Shown here piece by piece: positions 29,315 through 39,817 of a DNA stretch of 64,000 nt. The notes under the pieces are model-generated. The model was not told where the DNA came from. It did no database searches and saw only the letters and a list, made by a program, of their open reading frames with translations. Made by a program: the position numbers and the translations under genes. The stretch is from NCBI GenBank assembly GCA_965602015.1, contig OZ271918.1, positions 384,001 through 448,000 of the forward strand, written 5' to 3'. The first letter of the stretch is position 1. The number at the start of each line of letters is the position of its first letter. The DNA comes from Salinispira sp. Its GTDB lineage: Bacteria; Spirochaetota; Spirochaetia; DSM-27196; Salinispiraceae.

Positions 29315-30703
29315 TCAGGAAAACACCTTTTTTATCAACTTGAATCCCCGCTCTCCATAGGGCGGGTATTTTAATTTGATATTATGCCAAACCGGCGTTT
29401 TTATTATCGCCTTCGGGTGGGTCATGGCGTCAAATCCGTACTTGCCGTGATAGACCCCGCTTCCCGAGCTCCGCACACCGCCGAAAGGCAGAGCGGGGTT
29501 TACCAGATGCATGAGCGTGTCATTAACGCAGCCCCCGCCGAAGGGGATGCGGTTTATGATTCGCCGTTCAAGGTCCCGATCGCGGGTGAACAGGTACAGC
29601 GCAAGGGGATTCGGCCGTTTCCCGATGTGGGAAAAAACCTCATCGACGTCCTGGTACTCGATTACCGGAAGGATGGGACCGAAAATCTCATCGGTCATCA
29701 AAGGAGAATCATCCCCGCAGTTTTCCATTATTGTCGGTGCGATGTACCTCGTATCTCGATGGTGCTCTCCGCCGCTTACCACATCCCCCTGGGAGAGATA
29801 CGATACAAGAGTATCAAATCTTCGTTCATTTATGATTTTCCCGTAGCTCGGGGAGCCCTCGGTACCTCCGGGATACATGGCTTCCAGCTCCTGCTTCATG
29901 GCTGAAATCAGCTCGTTCTTAGCCGAACGGTGGACCAGCAGGTAATCCGGCGCCACGCAGGTTTGTCCTGCGTTAAGGGTCTTACCGTGGATGATGCGTT
30001 TCGCCGCCGATTCTATATGGGCATCTCGGTGCACCACCGCCGGGCTCTTGCCGCCAAGCTCAAGGGTGACCGGGCTGTGTACTTCCGCCGCATAGAGCGC
30101 AATGTGCTTCCCGACGGGTACCGAGCCGGTAAAAAAAATGTGATCGAAGTTGCCCCCCCGGATAAGTTCGGGAACAGCCTCGTGCCCCGGACCCTGGACC
30201 ACCGACAGGAACTCATGGGTAAAACTGCCTTCAAGGCAGTCCTGGAGGGCCCTGGCAGTGGCCGGCGCGAGCTCGGATGGCTTGAGTACAACGCTGTTTC
30301 CCCCCGCCATAGCCGCCACCAGCGGTGCTATAATGAGCTGAAAGGGATAGTTCCACGGCGAAATAATCAGTACCGTTCCCTTGGGCACCGGATAGATCCG
30401 TGACGACGACGGCAGCTGAACCAAGGGGGTGGGTACCCGTTTTGGTTTCATCCACTTTTTTAGGTGCCGAATGGCGTGATTGATTTCCGCATAGACAAAT
30501 CCAATTTCCGATGCATAGGCCTCGAACGGATGTTTGCCAAGATCCTCTCGAAGGGCTTCGAGTATTTTATCTTCGTGCTCTTTAATGGCGGCCTTCAGGG
30601 TCGCCAGCATGGCCCGACGATAGGAATAATTCTGCGTGTACCCCGCCTCGGAAAACCGCCGTTTTACATCGAGATGTGCCTCTTTGAGATACTGTCCTTC
30701 CAT
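29315..30703 (-). CDS. Aldehyde dehydrogenase (ALDH3-like)
   Basis: SPWNYP, FFTGS, LELGGKSP, NAGQTCVAPDY, EIFGP and PFGGV motifs. Confidence 0.95.
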   Translation of the reverse strand: MEGQYLKEAHLDVKRRFSEAGYTQNYSYRRAMLATLKAAIKEHEDKILEALREDLGKHPFEAYASEIGFVYAEINHAIRHLKKWMKPKRVPTPLVQLPSSSRIYPVPKGTVLIISPWNYPFQLIIAPLVAAMAGGNSVVLKPSELAPATARALQDCLEGSFTHEFLSVVQGPGHEAVPELIRGGNFDHIFFTGSVPVGKHIALYAAEVHSPVTLELGGKSPAVVHRDAHIESAAKRIIHGKTLNAGQTCVAPDYLLVHRSAKNELISAMKQELEAMYPGGTEGSPSYGKIINERRFDTLVSYLSQGDVVSGGEHHRDTRYIAPTIMENCGDDSPLMTDEIFGPILPVIEYQDVDEVFSHIGKRPNPLALYLFTRDRDLERRIINRIPFGGGCVNDTLMHLVNPALPFGGVRSSGSGVYHGKYGFDAMTHPKAIIKTPVWHNIKLKYPPYGERGFKLIKKVFS

Positions 30704-30721
30704 ACTGTTTTCTCCGTGTTA

Positions 30722-31456
30722 TTACTGTCTGCTGATTCGCCGATAGGAGATCATCTCCGTGACGATTTCACTGTTGTCGCCGAAACCGGCGCTTCCCTGG
30801 AAACGAAGGAGCTGATGGGGGGCTTCGGCGTTAAACCACAGAAAGGTTTTGGGAATTGCAGCCCGAAAAATGGACATGGCCCCGGGAAGGTTGGCCACCA
30901 GTTCCAGCTTATGGGCCTGATAGCTGCCGCTCTCCAGTTCTATTCGCTCCTGTCTTCTGTGTACCACATCCAGGGAAAAACCGGACTCCTCGCCGCTCTG
31001 TCCGAGAAAGTGAAGGGACAACCTTCTCGGGGAATCGAAGGGGTAGCCCCGGAGTAAAAAACTCAAATCATCATTGCCGAGGGCGAAAATCTCATCGTTT
31101 CCCACAACCGGCGCTTCAATCAGCCTGGTCCTGCTCTCATAGGCAGCCTGGTTAACCCGGGACAGGGAATCGGAGGACAGGGGGATCATTCCGGGCCGTG
31201 AAATTGTCACCAATCGTTCCCGTTCGTCATCCCTGTCAGATACTATGTAGAGCGTGCCCAGTTCGCTGGTGTCGTGGGTGACCAGAGTCGTGCTAAAACT
31301 CGTTTCATCTTCCGAGCGGGTGATATAACGGATCTCCTCCCCGTCGGGGATTCCCGGGTCTGAAAGAGCAGGACTGATTGATGAAATGTTCTGAGCGGAT
31401 ATCCCGGCTATCAGGAATCCTACAAATATTGATAACAGCGTAAGACGGGTTTTCAT
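30722..31456 (-). CDS. Exported hypothetical protein
   Basis: Signal-peptide-like MKTRLTLLSIFVGFLIAGISAQ; beta-rich body; overlaps no other real gene. Confidence 0.6.
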   Translation of the reverse strand: MKTRLTLLSIFVGFLIAGISAQNISSISPALSDPGIPDGEEIRYITRSEDETSFSTTLVTHDTSELGTLYIVSDRDDERERLVTISRPGMIPLSSDSLSRVNQAAYESRTRLIEAPVVGNDEIFALGNDDLSFLLRGYPFDSPRRLSLHFLGQSGEESGFSLDVVHRRQERIELESGSYQAHKLELVANLPGAMSIFRAAIPKTFLWFNAEAPHQLLRFQGSAGFGDNSEIVTEMISYRRISRQ

Positions 31457-31530
31457 GTCTAAAAAGTGCATATTTTTCGGCCTTCGGGCAATGGAAAGCG
31501 GAAATTTTCCGCAGTATATTGTAATGGAAT

Positions 31531-33006
31531 ATGAGATCGTCCACGCATGCCGAAAAATACAATGAGAGTGATGGCGAAGGTTCTGTAGCCCGGGAAGCGG
31601 GAAGCACATCGGAGAATCCTCAGAATCTTGACACCGATGTTATTGTTACAAAACTCCGACAGCTCGGGCTGTTCATCCAGGACCTGGAGCATCACCGGGT
31701 CTACCCCAATGCCCTGTGGAGTGCATGGGGTTACAGCGAAGAGGATATGGTCTTCGGGAATTTTATCAATTTCGTTCATCCCGAGGACAGGGAGAAGGTC
31801 CGCCGTGCGGTGGAAGACCTCAACACCACTGCCGAGCCGTACAATTCAGTGCTTTTCCGCATCAAGACTGCCCAGGGCCAGTGGCGTTGGGTGTACTCGA
31901 CCAGCCTGACGGTCACCAGAGATGCCCAGGGGAATCTGCTTCAATACATTGGATTTGATTACGATTTGACCGAACAAATGGAAGCCCGGGAACGGGCAGA
32001 GCATCTGGCCAGGGAGGCGGAAACCCTCTCCTCTGCTGCGGCCATCATCAATTCCCAGCTCGATCTCACCCATACCATTGTCGCCATTCTCGAGCAGGCC
32101 AAGCTTGTGCTCCCGTTTTCCAGCGCATCCGTCCAGCTGCTCAAAGGAGATGTACTGGAAATCGTCGGCGGAAAGGGGTTTGCTAATCCGTCGGAAATCT
32201 CCGGGATGACATTTCCCATACCCGGGGATAATCCAAATTCGGAAGTAGTGCGAACCCGGGAAGCGCTGATGCTCGGCACGGAAATCCGCACCCGGTTTCC
32301 CGGTTTTGTAGCCCAGACCAATCCCGATATTACCGCATGGATGGGTATTCCCCTTATCAGCAAGGACGAGCTTATCGGCATTCTAACCTTCGACCGTAAA
32401 CAAGAGCCGGGCTTCAGCACCCATGAGCAGAAGCTGGCCGGTAGTTTTGGAAATCACGTGGCTATCTCCCTGCAAAACTCAAGGCTGTACGAAGACGTGA
32501 AAGCCCTTTCCATCCGGGATCCCCTCACTGCATGCTACAACCGCCGCCAGATGTATGAAATTATGGAGCAGCAGATGGAGCTCAGCATCCGCCACGGCCA
32601 GGAATTGTCGGTTATTCTGTTTGATCTCGATAATTTTAAGGATCTCAACGATAATTACGGGCACCTGTTCGGCGACCGGGTTTTAAAGACCGTCACCACC
32701 CTCACCAGGGAAATGCTGCGCATGAGCGATTCCCTATGCCGTTTCGGCGGAGAAGAGTTTGTGATTATCCTGCCGCATGGTGATGAGAGCACCGCCGTTG
32801 AAATCGCCGGTCGGATTAGAAAGACCATGGAAGAACACGGCTGGTTTCCCGACAGCCAAAAGCCGGTAACCCTGAGTTTGGGGTGTGCGGCCATGCAGCT
32901 GTCGGACCTGAAGAACTGCGATGCCCTGATATCCCGGGCGGACAGCGCCCTATTGCGGGCTAAAAAAGCCGGCAAAAACCGGGTCGTTCGCTACTCGTCG
33001 ATGTGA
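31531..33006 (+). CDS. PAS-GAF-GGDEF diguanylate cyclase
   Basis: VHPEDR (PAS), WMGIPL (GAF), DLDNFKDLND..GH, RMSD I-site and GGEEF active site. Confidence 0.92.
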   Translation: MRSSTHAEKYNESDGEGSVAREAGSTSENPQNLDTDVIVTKLRQLGLFIQDLEHHRVYPNALWSAWGYSEEDMVFGNFINFVHPEDREKVRRAVEDLNTTAEPYNSVLFRIKTAQGQWRWVYSTSLTVTRDAQGNLLQYIGFDYDLTEQMEARERAEHLAREAETLSSAAAIINSQLDLTHTIVAILEQAKLVLPFSSASVQLLKGDVLEIVGGKGFANPSEISGMTFPIPGDNPNSEVVRTREALMLGTEIRTRFPGFVAQTNPDITAWMGIPLISKDELIGILTFDRKQEPGFSTHEQKLAGSFGNHVAISLQNSRLYEDVKALSIRDPLTACYNRRQMYEIMEQQMELSIRHGQELSVILFDLDNFKDLNDNYGHLFGDRVLKTVTTLTREMLRMSDSLCRFGGEEFVIILPHGDESTAVEIAGRIRKTMEEHGWFPDSQKPVTLSLGCAAMQLSDLKNCDALISRADSALLRAKKAGKNRVVRYSSM

Positions 33007-33016
33007 CCCGCGGCTC

Positions 33017-34066
33017 CTACTCCCACTTAAATAGCAGACTTGAAAGCACCAGGAATGCTAGGGTCAAGGCGCCGAGATACAGCAAATTCGGCATTATCTG
33101 AAGCAGTCCCGCTCCCTCGAGCATGATGGAACGGGCTCCGCTGATAAAATGGGTCAAGGGGAAGATGTTCGCCAGGCTGCCCACGAAGGCCGGGGCATTT
33201 TCAAGGCTGAAAAACACTCCGGACAATATCAGCATAGGGAAGGTAACCAGGTTCAACAGTCCAGATGCCAGCTCTTCGCTCTTGATTCTCGAGGCGAAAA
33301 CAAGTCCAAGTGAGATCATGCAGAGTATCGCCATTGTGGTTAACAGGAGCAGATTGAGCCAGTTTCCCTTCATAACGAAGCGGAGGAAGAGATTCGTTCC
33401 GGTGAATACGAATACCGAGGTAATAATCACGATCATTAGCCTGGAAACCGCCTGGGCGGACACAAAATTCAAGGGTGAGACCGGTGTTGCCTTCATGCGC
33501 TTGAGAACGCCGTTTTTGCGGTAGCGGACTATAACAAAACCGACGCCGAACAGGCAGCTGAACATCATGTTCATGCCGATGACCCCGGGCACCAGCCAGT
33601 CCACATAGCGGATCGGCTCCCCGCTCACCGTGGCTTCCTGCAGCAGGGCAGGACTGGACGCGGGTGCGGAAGCCGGAGCCGCCGCGCCGTCCATGAGTCT
33701 GCGCAGGATTTCGCTGCCCGAGGCCTCGCTGTTGAGATAGTATTCTCCTCGTGTGAAATCAACCACCATGGAGATTTGATGTTCCCGAAGGCTGTCCAGG
33801 GCGTCTTCGAGGCTCGTGCCGTTTGCCGAATAGTCGACAAGCTCAAGACCCTCGGTATCCAGAAGGGTAAACTCCGGCGGGGGGCTGCCGAAAACTCCCA
33901 CAGTGAACACCGCTTCGTTCCCGCCGGAAAAGGCGAAGGAGAAGCCGAAGACCAGAAGAAAGGGAAAAAGCAGATTCCAGAAAAAAGTGCCGCGGTCCCG
34001 GAGGAACTCCATGGTGCGGGCCTTTACCATTGCGTTAAATGAGCGAATTGTTAATGAAGCATTCAT
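33017..34066 (-). CDS. ABC-2 type exporter permease
   Basis: YVDWLVPG, GVLKRMKATP, LSGVFF and FPLT motifs; six TM helices. Confidence 0.9.
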   Translation of the reverse strand: MNASLTIRSFNAMVKARTMEFLRDRGTFFWNLLFPFLLVFGFSFAFSGGNEAVFTVGVFGSPPPEFTLLDTEGLELVDYSANGTSLEDALDSLREHQISMVVDFTRGEYYLNSEASGSEILRRLMDGAAAPASAPASSPALLQEATVSGEPIRYVDWLVPGVIGMNMMFSCLFGVGFVIVRYRKNGVLKRMKATPVSPLNFVSAQAVSRLMIVIITSVFVFTGTNLFLRFVMKGNWLNLLLLTTMAILCMISLGLVFASRIKSEELASGLLNLVTFPMLILSGVFFSLENAPAFVGSLANIFPLTHFISGARSIMLEGAGLLQIMPNLLYLGALTLAFLVLSSLLFKWE

Positions 34067-34076
34067 GCCTTTCCCC

Positions 34077-34973
34077 TTATGCTCTCAGTGAAGTGCCGGT
34101 CAATTTGATAAACAGGTCTTCAAGATTCGGCTTGTGGATATTAATTCCGTCTATGCCGACTCCCGCGTCCAGAAGATCCTTGACGCTGCGGTCAATGGCG
34201 TCGGTTTCTATTTCAAGCCCGGATTCGCCATTGCGTCCCCCAAGATCCTTGTGCAGGCGGCGTGCTTCCTCAGCAGTGAAGGTCTCGTTAAAGGGTATGT
34301 GTATAACCGCGCCGGAAAAGTGGCTGCTGAGAAGCCGTTCCGGCGTATCGAGTTCGAGAATACGTCCCTGATCCATAATCGCGATGGTATCGCAAAGCAG
34401 CTGGGCCTCATCCATATAATGGGTCGTTAGCAGCACGGTGGTGTTTTCCTCTAGGATGCCCCGGATCAGATCCCAGAAATTTCGCCGGGCCTGAGGGTCC
34501 AGTCCGGTGGTCGGCTCATCCAGGAACACAATCTCGGGCTTGGGGATAATCGCCAGGGCCAGAAGCATTCTCTGGCGCTGACCCCCCGAGAGTTTTCTGT
34601 TGTCGCGGTTTATTATGTCTCCCAGGGAACAGAGCTCAATGACCTGGTCAATCGGACGGGGGTCCGGATAGAAGGATGAAAATAGTTCAAGGGTTTCCCG
34701 TACGGTGATGAACTCCGGCAGGGCGGTGTGTTGAAACTGAATCCCCACCTTTTGCCGGAAGCGGGCGTCTATAGGCTCTCCTTTGAAGAGAATCCTGCCG
34801 CCGTCCGGTTCCTGTATTCCCTCGAGCATCTCAATGGTGGTCGTCTTCCCCGCGCCGTTGGGTCCCAGCAGTCCGAAACACTGACCTTGGGGTATCTCGA
34901 AATCGATTCCGTTGACAGCCTTCACATCCCCGAAGGATTTACTGAGGCCCTCAATTTTCATAATTGCATTCAT
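34077..34973 (-). CDS. ABC exporter ATP-binding protein
   Basis: GPNGAGKTT, LSGGQ and DEPTTGLD motifs. Confidence 0.95.
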   Translation of the reverse strand: MNAIMKIEGLSKSFGDVKAVNGIDFEIPQGQCFGLLGPNGAGKTTTIEMLEGIQEPDGGRILFKGEPIDARFRQKVGIQFQHTALPEFITVRETLELFSSFYPDPRPIDQVIELCSLGDIINRDNRKLSGGQRQRMLLALAIIPKPEIVFLDEPTTGLDPQARRNFWDLIRGILEENTTVLLTTHYMDEAQLLCDTIAIMDQGRILELDTPERLLSSHFSGAVIHIPFNETFTAEEARRLHKDLGGRNGESGLEIETDAIDRSVKDLLDAGVGIDGINIHKPNLEDLFIKLTGTSLRA

Positions 34974-35045
34974 ATTTGAGAAAATACTGCCCCCGGGTCA
35001 CGGGGGCAAGATAATGCGGGAGCAGGGTATTTTGTGGGACTGTCC

Positions 35046-36275
35046 TTAGCTGAGTCCCGGGTAATCAATGATACCCGCCAATGAGCGGAGCCCGGCCTCT
35101 TCCCGGTCCCTGATGGTCAGAATTGCCGCTGCCAGTTCTTTGTGGGCTTCCCCCAAAGCTTCCGGCGCACCGAGTGACGCATCGTCGAGGATTGCCCCGT
35201 ATTCCCTGTCCAGGGTTTCCAGTTCGCTCTGGGCTGCAGTTCCGTCGCTGAGGAACAGTCCATGCCGTTTTTTTAGAACTTCCGCGGCCTTTGCACAGGC
35301 GCCGATGGTCTCCGGCAGAATAAACCCTGCGAGATCCTTCCACAGACCGGCGATATTCCGGTACTCATCCGCAACTTCGGATATTTTCTTTTCAGCCAGG
35401 ATTTCCGCTGCTTCATCAAGAAAATCGGCGAACAGCCCCCGATCTCCCTGAAGGCTCTCGTCTTTCCAATGCAGGAGAGAATACTTGTACATGCTCATCA
35501 TAGCAGCAAGACGCCGCCGGTCATCGGGGAACTGCTGTGTCCATGAGCTCTTGCCCTTTTCATCACTAAGGTCCTTGGCGAGCCGGGTCATGGCCTTGTA
35601 GCCGAAGTTGTTGGCCGAGCCCTTGGGCGGCTTTTCAAAAAAGAGGGAGATGCTGTCGCGGATTCCCGCCAGCACTGCATCTCCAACAGAGGCGGCGGCC
35701 GGGGCGTCCAAGGTGATCATAAGGAACCGGTCTTTCTTGATCTTGCCCCGGGCATTATCAAAAAGCTCGGCGCTGCAGCTCAGCTCAGCCCGGCTTCGAT
35801 CGGCAAAGCGCACCTCGCCGGCCTCTCCCGGTCCCGGGGCCTGGAATACTGTTACGGGCTGCATGGCCCACATCTGCTCTCCGAGCTCGCTGTGTTCATA
35901 ACCGAGGGTGAATACGTCGGCCCACACTGCAGGTGCCAGGCCCTGTTCGATTGTTTCCGATAGCTTGACAGCGGCCTTGCTGCCGTCTCCCGAGCGTATC
36001 AGTTCCTGTGGCAGTAAAAGCCGTTCGCATACCGAATCCCAACCATAGCCTCCGAAGGTATTGCGGGTCAGAATGTTAACCTGGGGATCCTGCCCCTGGT
36101 AATCGAATATGAAGTACCCGAATGCCGCACCGCCGCTAATTCCGAAAAGAAGGGCCTCGCTGTACGGACTGCCGTTATGCGGAGCCTCCACGCCCTGATG
36201 GGACAAAATCTGAGCGATTGTCGAAAGTTGCGGGGATTTTCCCCCGAGTACGGTAAAGTTGTTGAGTGTGGCCAT
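35046..36275 (-). CDS. BtrH N-terminal / DUF4872-like protein
   Basis: SEALLFGISGGAAFGY and RGLFADFLDEAAEIL patterns recalled from BtrH-family proteins. Confidence 0.6.
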   Translation of the reverse strand: MATLNNFTVLGGKSPQLSTIAQILSHQGVEAPHNGSPYSEALLFGISGGAAFGYFIFDYQGQDPQVNILTRNTFGGYGWDSVCERLLLPQELIRSGDGSKAAVKLSETIEQGLAPAVWADVFTLGYEHSELGEQMWAMQPVTVFQAPGPGEAGEVRFADRSRAELSCSAELFDNARGKIKKDRFLMITLDAPAAASVGDAVLAGIRDSISLFFEKPPKGSANNFGYKAMTRLAKDLSDEKGKSSWTQQFPDDRRRLAAMMSMYKYSLLHWKDESLQGDRGLFADFLDEAAEILAEKKISEVADEYRNIAGLWKDLAGFILPETIGACAKAAEVLKKRHGLFLSDGTAAQSELETLDREYGAILDDASLGAPEALGEAHKELAAAILTIRDREEAGLRSLAGIIDYPGLS

Positions 36276-36384
36276 AGTTTCCTCCGATTCCCGGCGGGCT
36301 TCCCGCCGTTTTTCCTGCGGCTGTCATAGCTATTATAATGCGCTCAACAACGGCCGGAGAAAAACTGCGACCTCCAATCCGCGA

Positions 36385-36774
36385 TTATTTCAGAGAATTG
36401 ACCACATTTCGCAACTTATTCTGTATCTCGCCGGCGATTCCCGCCAGCGACGGGTTCTGAACGGCCTGCATTGAACTCACCGGATCCACCGCGGCGATTT
36501 CGATTTTCCCGTCCGGCCACTGCTGAACCGTGACGTTGCAGGGGAGCATGGTGCCGATTTTGTCCTCAGCCTTGAGGGCTTCGTAGGCGAATGGCGGATT
36601 GCAGGCACCGAGAATGCGGTAGTTCCGGAAGTCCACATCGAGTTTTTTCTCCATGGTTGCCCTGACATCGATTTCCGTGAGAACGCCGAATCCTTCAGCC
36701 TTTAAGGCTTCGGTCACCTGGGCGATTGCCGCGTCGAATTCTCCTCCGATTGTGGTGCTGATGTAATAGCTCAT
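36385..36774 (-). CDS. DUF302 domain protein
   Basis: GFGVLTEIDV, YRILGACNP and MLPCNV motifs. Confidence 0.9.
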   Translation of the reverse strand: MSYYISTTIGGEFDAAIAQVTEALKAEGFGVLTEIDVRATMEKKLDVDFRNYRILGACNPPFAYEALKAEDKIGTMLPCNVTVQQWPDGKIEIAAVDPVSSMQAVQNPSLAGIAGEIQNKLRNVVNSLK

Positions 36775-36803
36775 ACGGTCTGCTCCTGAATATATGAAAT
36801 TCT

Positions 36804-38492
36804 TTATATGATTCTGCAGGGAAAGGTAATGATAAAACGGCTTCCCGTGGAGCTGTTTTTCTCTAGCTGTATTTGACCTCTGAGATTACTGGTGACGATG
36901 TTGTGAACGATGCTCAGGCCGAGACCAGATGATCCTTGGAATTTCTTGGAACTGACGAAGGGCTCGAATACTCTCTCCCGGATATCCTCGGGAATACCGT
37001 TTCCGTCATCGGAAAAATCCAGGTATACGGTGTCCGGCGCGCCGGCACTGAGGGAAATCCGAATATGAATGTGCCCGTTTTCCCGCCCGGCCAGGCCGTG
37101 AAGGATGGCGTTTTCGTACAGATTCGCGAGTATGCGGGAAATAAGGCCGGGAACCGTTTCGATTTCCGCATCCGGTGCGTCGAGGGTATGGCTGTGCCCG
37201 CTGTCTTTTATAAGGGGATAGAGATTGCTGAGCACCGAGCGGCAGTATTCCCTCACATTGATTATCCGCTGATCTTCCGAAACCTGATCTATGGAGACTT
37301 CTTTGAAGGACTGGATGAGTTCCGCCGCCCGGGAAATATTGCCGGTCACCATATCGGAACTCTTCCTGGTGGTATCAAGAAAGCGCTGAAAATCCTCCCT
37401 GCTTATCTGGTCCTTTTTTAGCTTCGATTCGATGGAATTAATGCTCTCTTCCAGCAGGGTTGAGGCGGTCAGCGCTACTCCGATCGGCGTGTTGATTTCA
37501 TGGGCGACTCCGGCGACCATGGTACCCATTCCCGCGGTCTTCTCCGCTTCGAGCATTCGCCGTTGGGATTCCTCCATCTGTCGGGTGCGCTGCTTTACCT
37601 TCTCTTCGAGGGTCTGGCCCCAGCTCTTGAGCTCTACGTTGGCTGCCCTAAGCTTGCGGGTGAGAATGCTCACGCTCAACGCCGATGCCACTACGGCGAT
37701 TATCAGCACGATGAGACTACTTATAATCCAGGGAGGAATTACCCTTCGGCCGCTTTCTCCGAAATAACTCTCAAAGAGCCGGTTGTAGGGGGAATTCGGA
37801 TCGGATTTCCAGCGGGCGAGCCGGGCATTAAGCTGCTGCATAAAGAGCCAGTTTTCCCCCTTTGCGGTGGCGTAAGTCGTAGAGTATGCGTTGAAAATTA
37901 TGCTGGTTCTGAAAATCAGCGGGTAGCCTTCCAAATCGATGAGGTTGGAAACCGCGGCGGCATCTACTTCCCCGGAAGATACAGCCGACAAAAGGGCTGT
38001 GTAATCCGCATAGCGGTTCAGTTCAATTTGCACATCGAACTCGTCAATGAAATCGAGAAAGGCTTCTCCGTTCCGGTCTCCGGTCATTATGCCGACGGAC
38101 TTTTTGTCAAGATCGAGGACTGTCTCTATTGTCGATTGTCGGTTAGCCACAATTTGGGTGTAGGCCGCAAGTACGGTCTCGTCGAGATAGTCCAGAAATT
38201 CCGCCCGTTCAGCCGTTCTGGTTACGGCGATGAGCAGATCAATTTCCCCCCGTCTGGTCAACTCGAGGTTTTCTCCCCAACTCCCCTGATTATAGCTGAC
38301 CTCAAACCCCAGGTCGTCGGCCAGAGCTTCAAGGAGATCAATGTAAAAACCGGTCCGCTGCCCCTGGGAATCAACGAAGGAAAACGGCGGAAGATCGGGC
38401 ATAAATGCCGCAGTTATTTGTTGTCCTAATAGTGGCTGCGAGGCTATCGCCGTGGCGAGAAGGGCGATGACAAGTGCGCCGGGACGTTTCAT
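36804..38492 (-). CDS. Sensor histidine kinase with periplasmic family-3 solute-binding domain
   Basis: PPFSF..G..TGFYIDLL, TM helix, VAHEINTP, ENAILHG, DDGNGI and GLGLSIV motifs. Confidence 0.9.
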   Translation of the reverse strand: MKRPGALVIALLATAIASQPLLGQQITAAFMPDLPPFSFVDSQGQRTGFYIDLLEALADDLGFEVSYNQGSWGENLELTRRGEIDLLIAVTRTAERAEFLDYLDETVLAAYTQIVANRQSTIETVLDLDKKSVGIMTGDRNGEAFLDFIDEFDVQIELNRYADYTALLSAVSSGEVDAAAVSNLIDLEGYPLIFRTSIIFNAYSTTYATAKGENWLFMQQLNARLARWKSDPNSPYNRLFESYFGESGRRVIPPWIISSLIVLIIAVVASALSVSILTRKLRAANVELKSWGQTLEEKVKQRTRQMEESQRRMLEAEKTAGMGTMVAGVAHEINTPIGVALTASTLLEESINSIESKLKKDQISREDFQRFLDTTRKSSDMVTGNISRAAELIQSFKEVSIDQVSEDQRIINVREYCRSVLSNLYPLIKDSGHSHTLDAPDAEIETVPGLISRILANLYENAILHGLAGRENGHIHIRISLSAGAPDTVYLDFSDDGNGIPEDIRERVFEPFVSSKKFQGSSGLGLSIVHNIVTSNLRGQIQLEKNSSTGSRFIITFPCRII

Positions 38493-38980
38493 TGCTCTTC
38501 TTCAATCCTGGCATTTTGAATATCGCGGTAGGACCGAAGGGCGATAAGAACCCGGTCTTTTAAGTCCTGCTGCCGGAGGCTTTCCTTGCGGACGTAATCG
38601 TTTATATCGTACTCCCTGATTATGGCGGAAACATTGCTGTAGCCCGGCTGCCCGCTTCTCAGCACAATCCGCAGGTCCGAGTTGCCCAGTTCTCTTCGCA
38701 CTGCGTTCACCACGTCGAGACCGGCGGTGTAATTTTCCATCACTACGTCCAGGAGCAGGACGGCGGTGTCGGGATGTTCTTTCAGAATTTCGATGGTTTC
38801 CTGACCGCTGAAACTGCTGATGATCTCGACAGGTCTGCCCTCGAAAAGAAAACCGCTGAGAACCAGCTTGGTAATCATGTGTACGTCGCCTTCGTCATCA
38901 GCCACTACAATGGTCCAGGGTTCAACGTTTTCACCCGGTTGGGCGCTGTCGTCCGAGGGTGCGAATGTCATTTTATCCAT
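38489..38980 (-). CDS. Stand-alone response regulator receiver protein
   Basis: VVADDE, LLDVVME, LRSGQPG and DINDYVRK motifs; overlaps the kinase start. Confidence 0.85.
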   Translation of the reverse strand: MDKMTFAPSDDSAQPGENVEPWTIVVADDEGDVHMITKLVLSGFLFEGRPVEIISSFSGQETIEILKEHPDTAVLLLDVVMENYTAGLDVVNAVRRELGNSDLRIVLRSGQPGYSNVSAIIREYDINDYVRKESLRQQDLKDRVLIALRSYRDIQNARIEEEQ

Positions 38981-39034
38981 GACTTTTTTGGCATCTCCTT
39001 TCAAAAGTATAGAAAACCTGTTACCTAATAACAA

Positions 39035-39817
39035 ATGAAAATACCGCAAAAAATCCCGGTCTCAACCCTCGTGCTGCTTTCTCCGTCGAAAACCCAGAGC
39101 ACCCACGCTCCCCGGCAGCTTCCCGCCGGTTTCACCCCGAAACGACCCCGGTTTTCCCAGGCGGCTGATAGGCTATCGGCGGAGCTCGAGGGAAAGCCGT
39201 CGGGGTATTTTGCTTCCAGGGAAAATCTGAGAGACGAAAAGGCCCGGGAAATCCAGGAGCGCTGGAGCCTCCGCAGCGCAATGCCGGAAATTCCCGCGGG
39301 ATTTCTCTACCGGGGCCCGGCGTTTACCGCACTTGACTACCCCTCGATTGCCGACGGAGCGCAGGCGGAGGGGCCGCGGCTGGGGATTCTTTCAGCGCTC
39401 TACGGGCTGCTGAGAGCTGAGGACCTCATGAGAGCCTATCGCCTTGATTTTTCCTATCGGGATCTGAAGATCGACGGACTTCCGCTTTTAGATTACTGGA
39501 AACAGACCATCCGGGATTCACTGAGCCGGGAGTGCTGGAAACTGTTTATCGACCTCAGTTCGGGGGAATTTTCCCCCTTGATTCCCGGCGGACTGGCTCC
39601 GGTCATACGGATCGATTTCAAGGAATGGCGCAGGGGTGCCTGGCGAAGCGTCAGCGCCACCGCGAAGCAGCTACGAGGTGAAGCGGCCCGCTGGATTCTC
39701 ACCCATCCCGGCGCATCAGTAGAGACGCTTATGACGTCGGAGTTTAGGGGCCACCGTTTTAATGCCGATCTTTCACAGGGGAATCTCTGGGTGTACAGCC
39801 ATAATGGACCGGCGTGA
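39035..39817 (+). CDS. yaaA: YaaA (DUF328) peroxide stress family protein
   Basis: LLSPSK, ILSALYGLLR..D..YRL, IDLSSGEF and AKQLRG motifs. Confidence 0.8.
   Translation: MKIPQKIPVSTLVLLSPSKTQSTHAPRQLPAGFTPKRPRFSQAADRLSAELEGKPSGYFASRENLRDEKAREIQERWSLRSAMPEIPAGFLYRGPAFTALDYPSIADGAQAEGPRLGILSALYGLLRAEDLMRAYRLDFSYRDLKIDGLPLLDYWKQTIRDSLSRECWKLFIDLSSGEFSPLIPGGLAPVIRIDFKEWRRGAWRSVSATAKQLRGEAARWILTHPGASVETLMTSEFRGHRFNADLSQGNLWVYSHNGPA

Noticed and set aside
34985..35008. TACTGCCCCCG-GGTCA-CGGGGGCA as a fourth repeat copy
   Set aside because: It shares only the outer 10 bp and lacks the AAAACAGCTG core; an ordinary terminator-like hairpin explains it.
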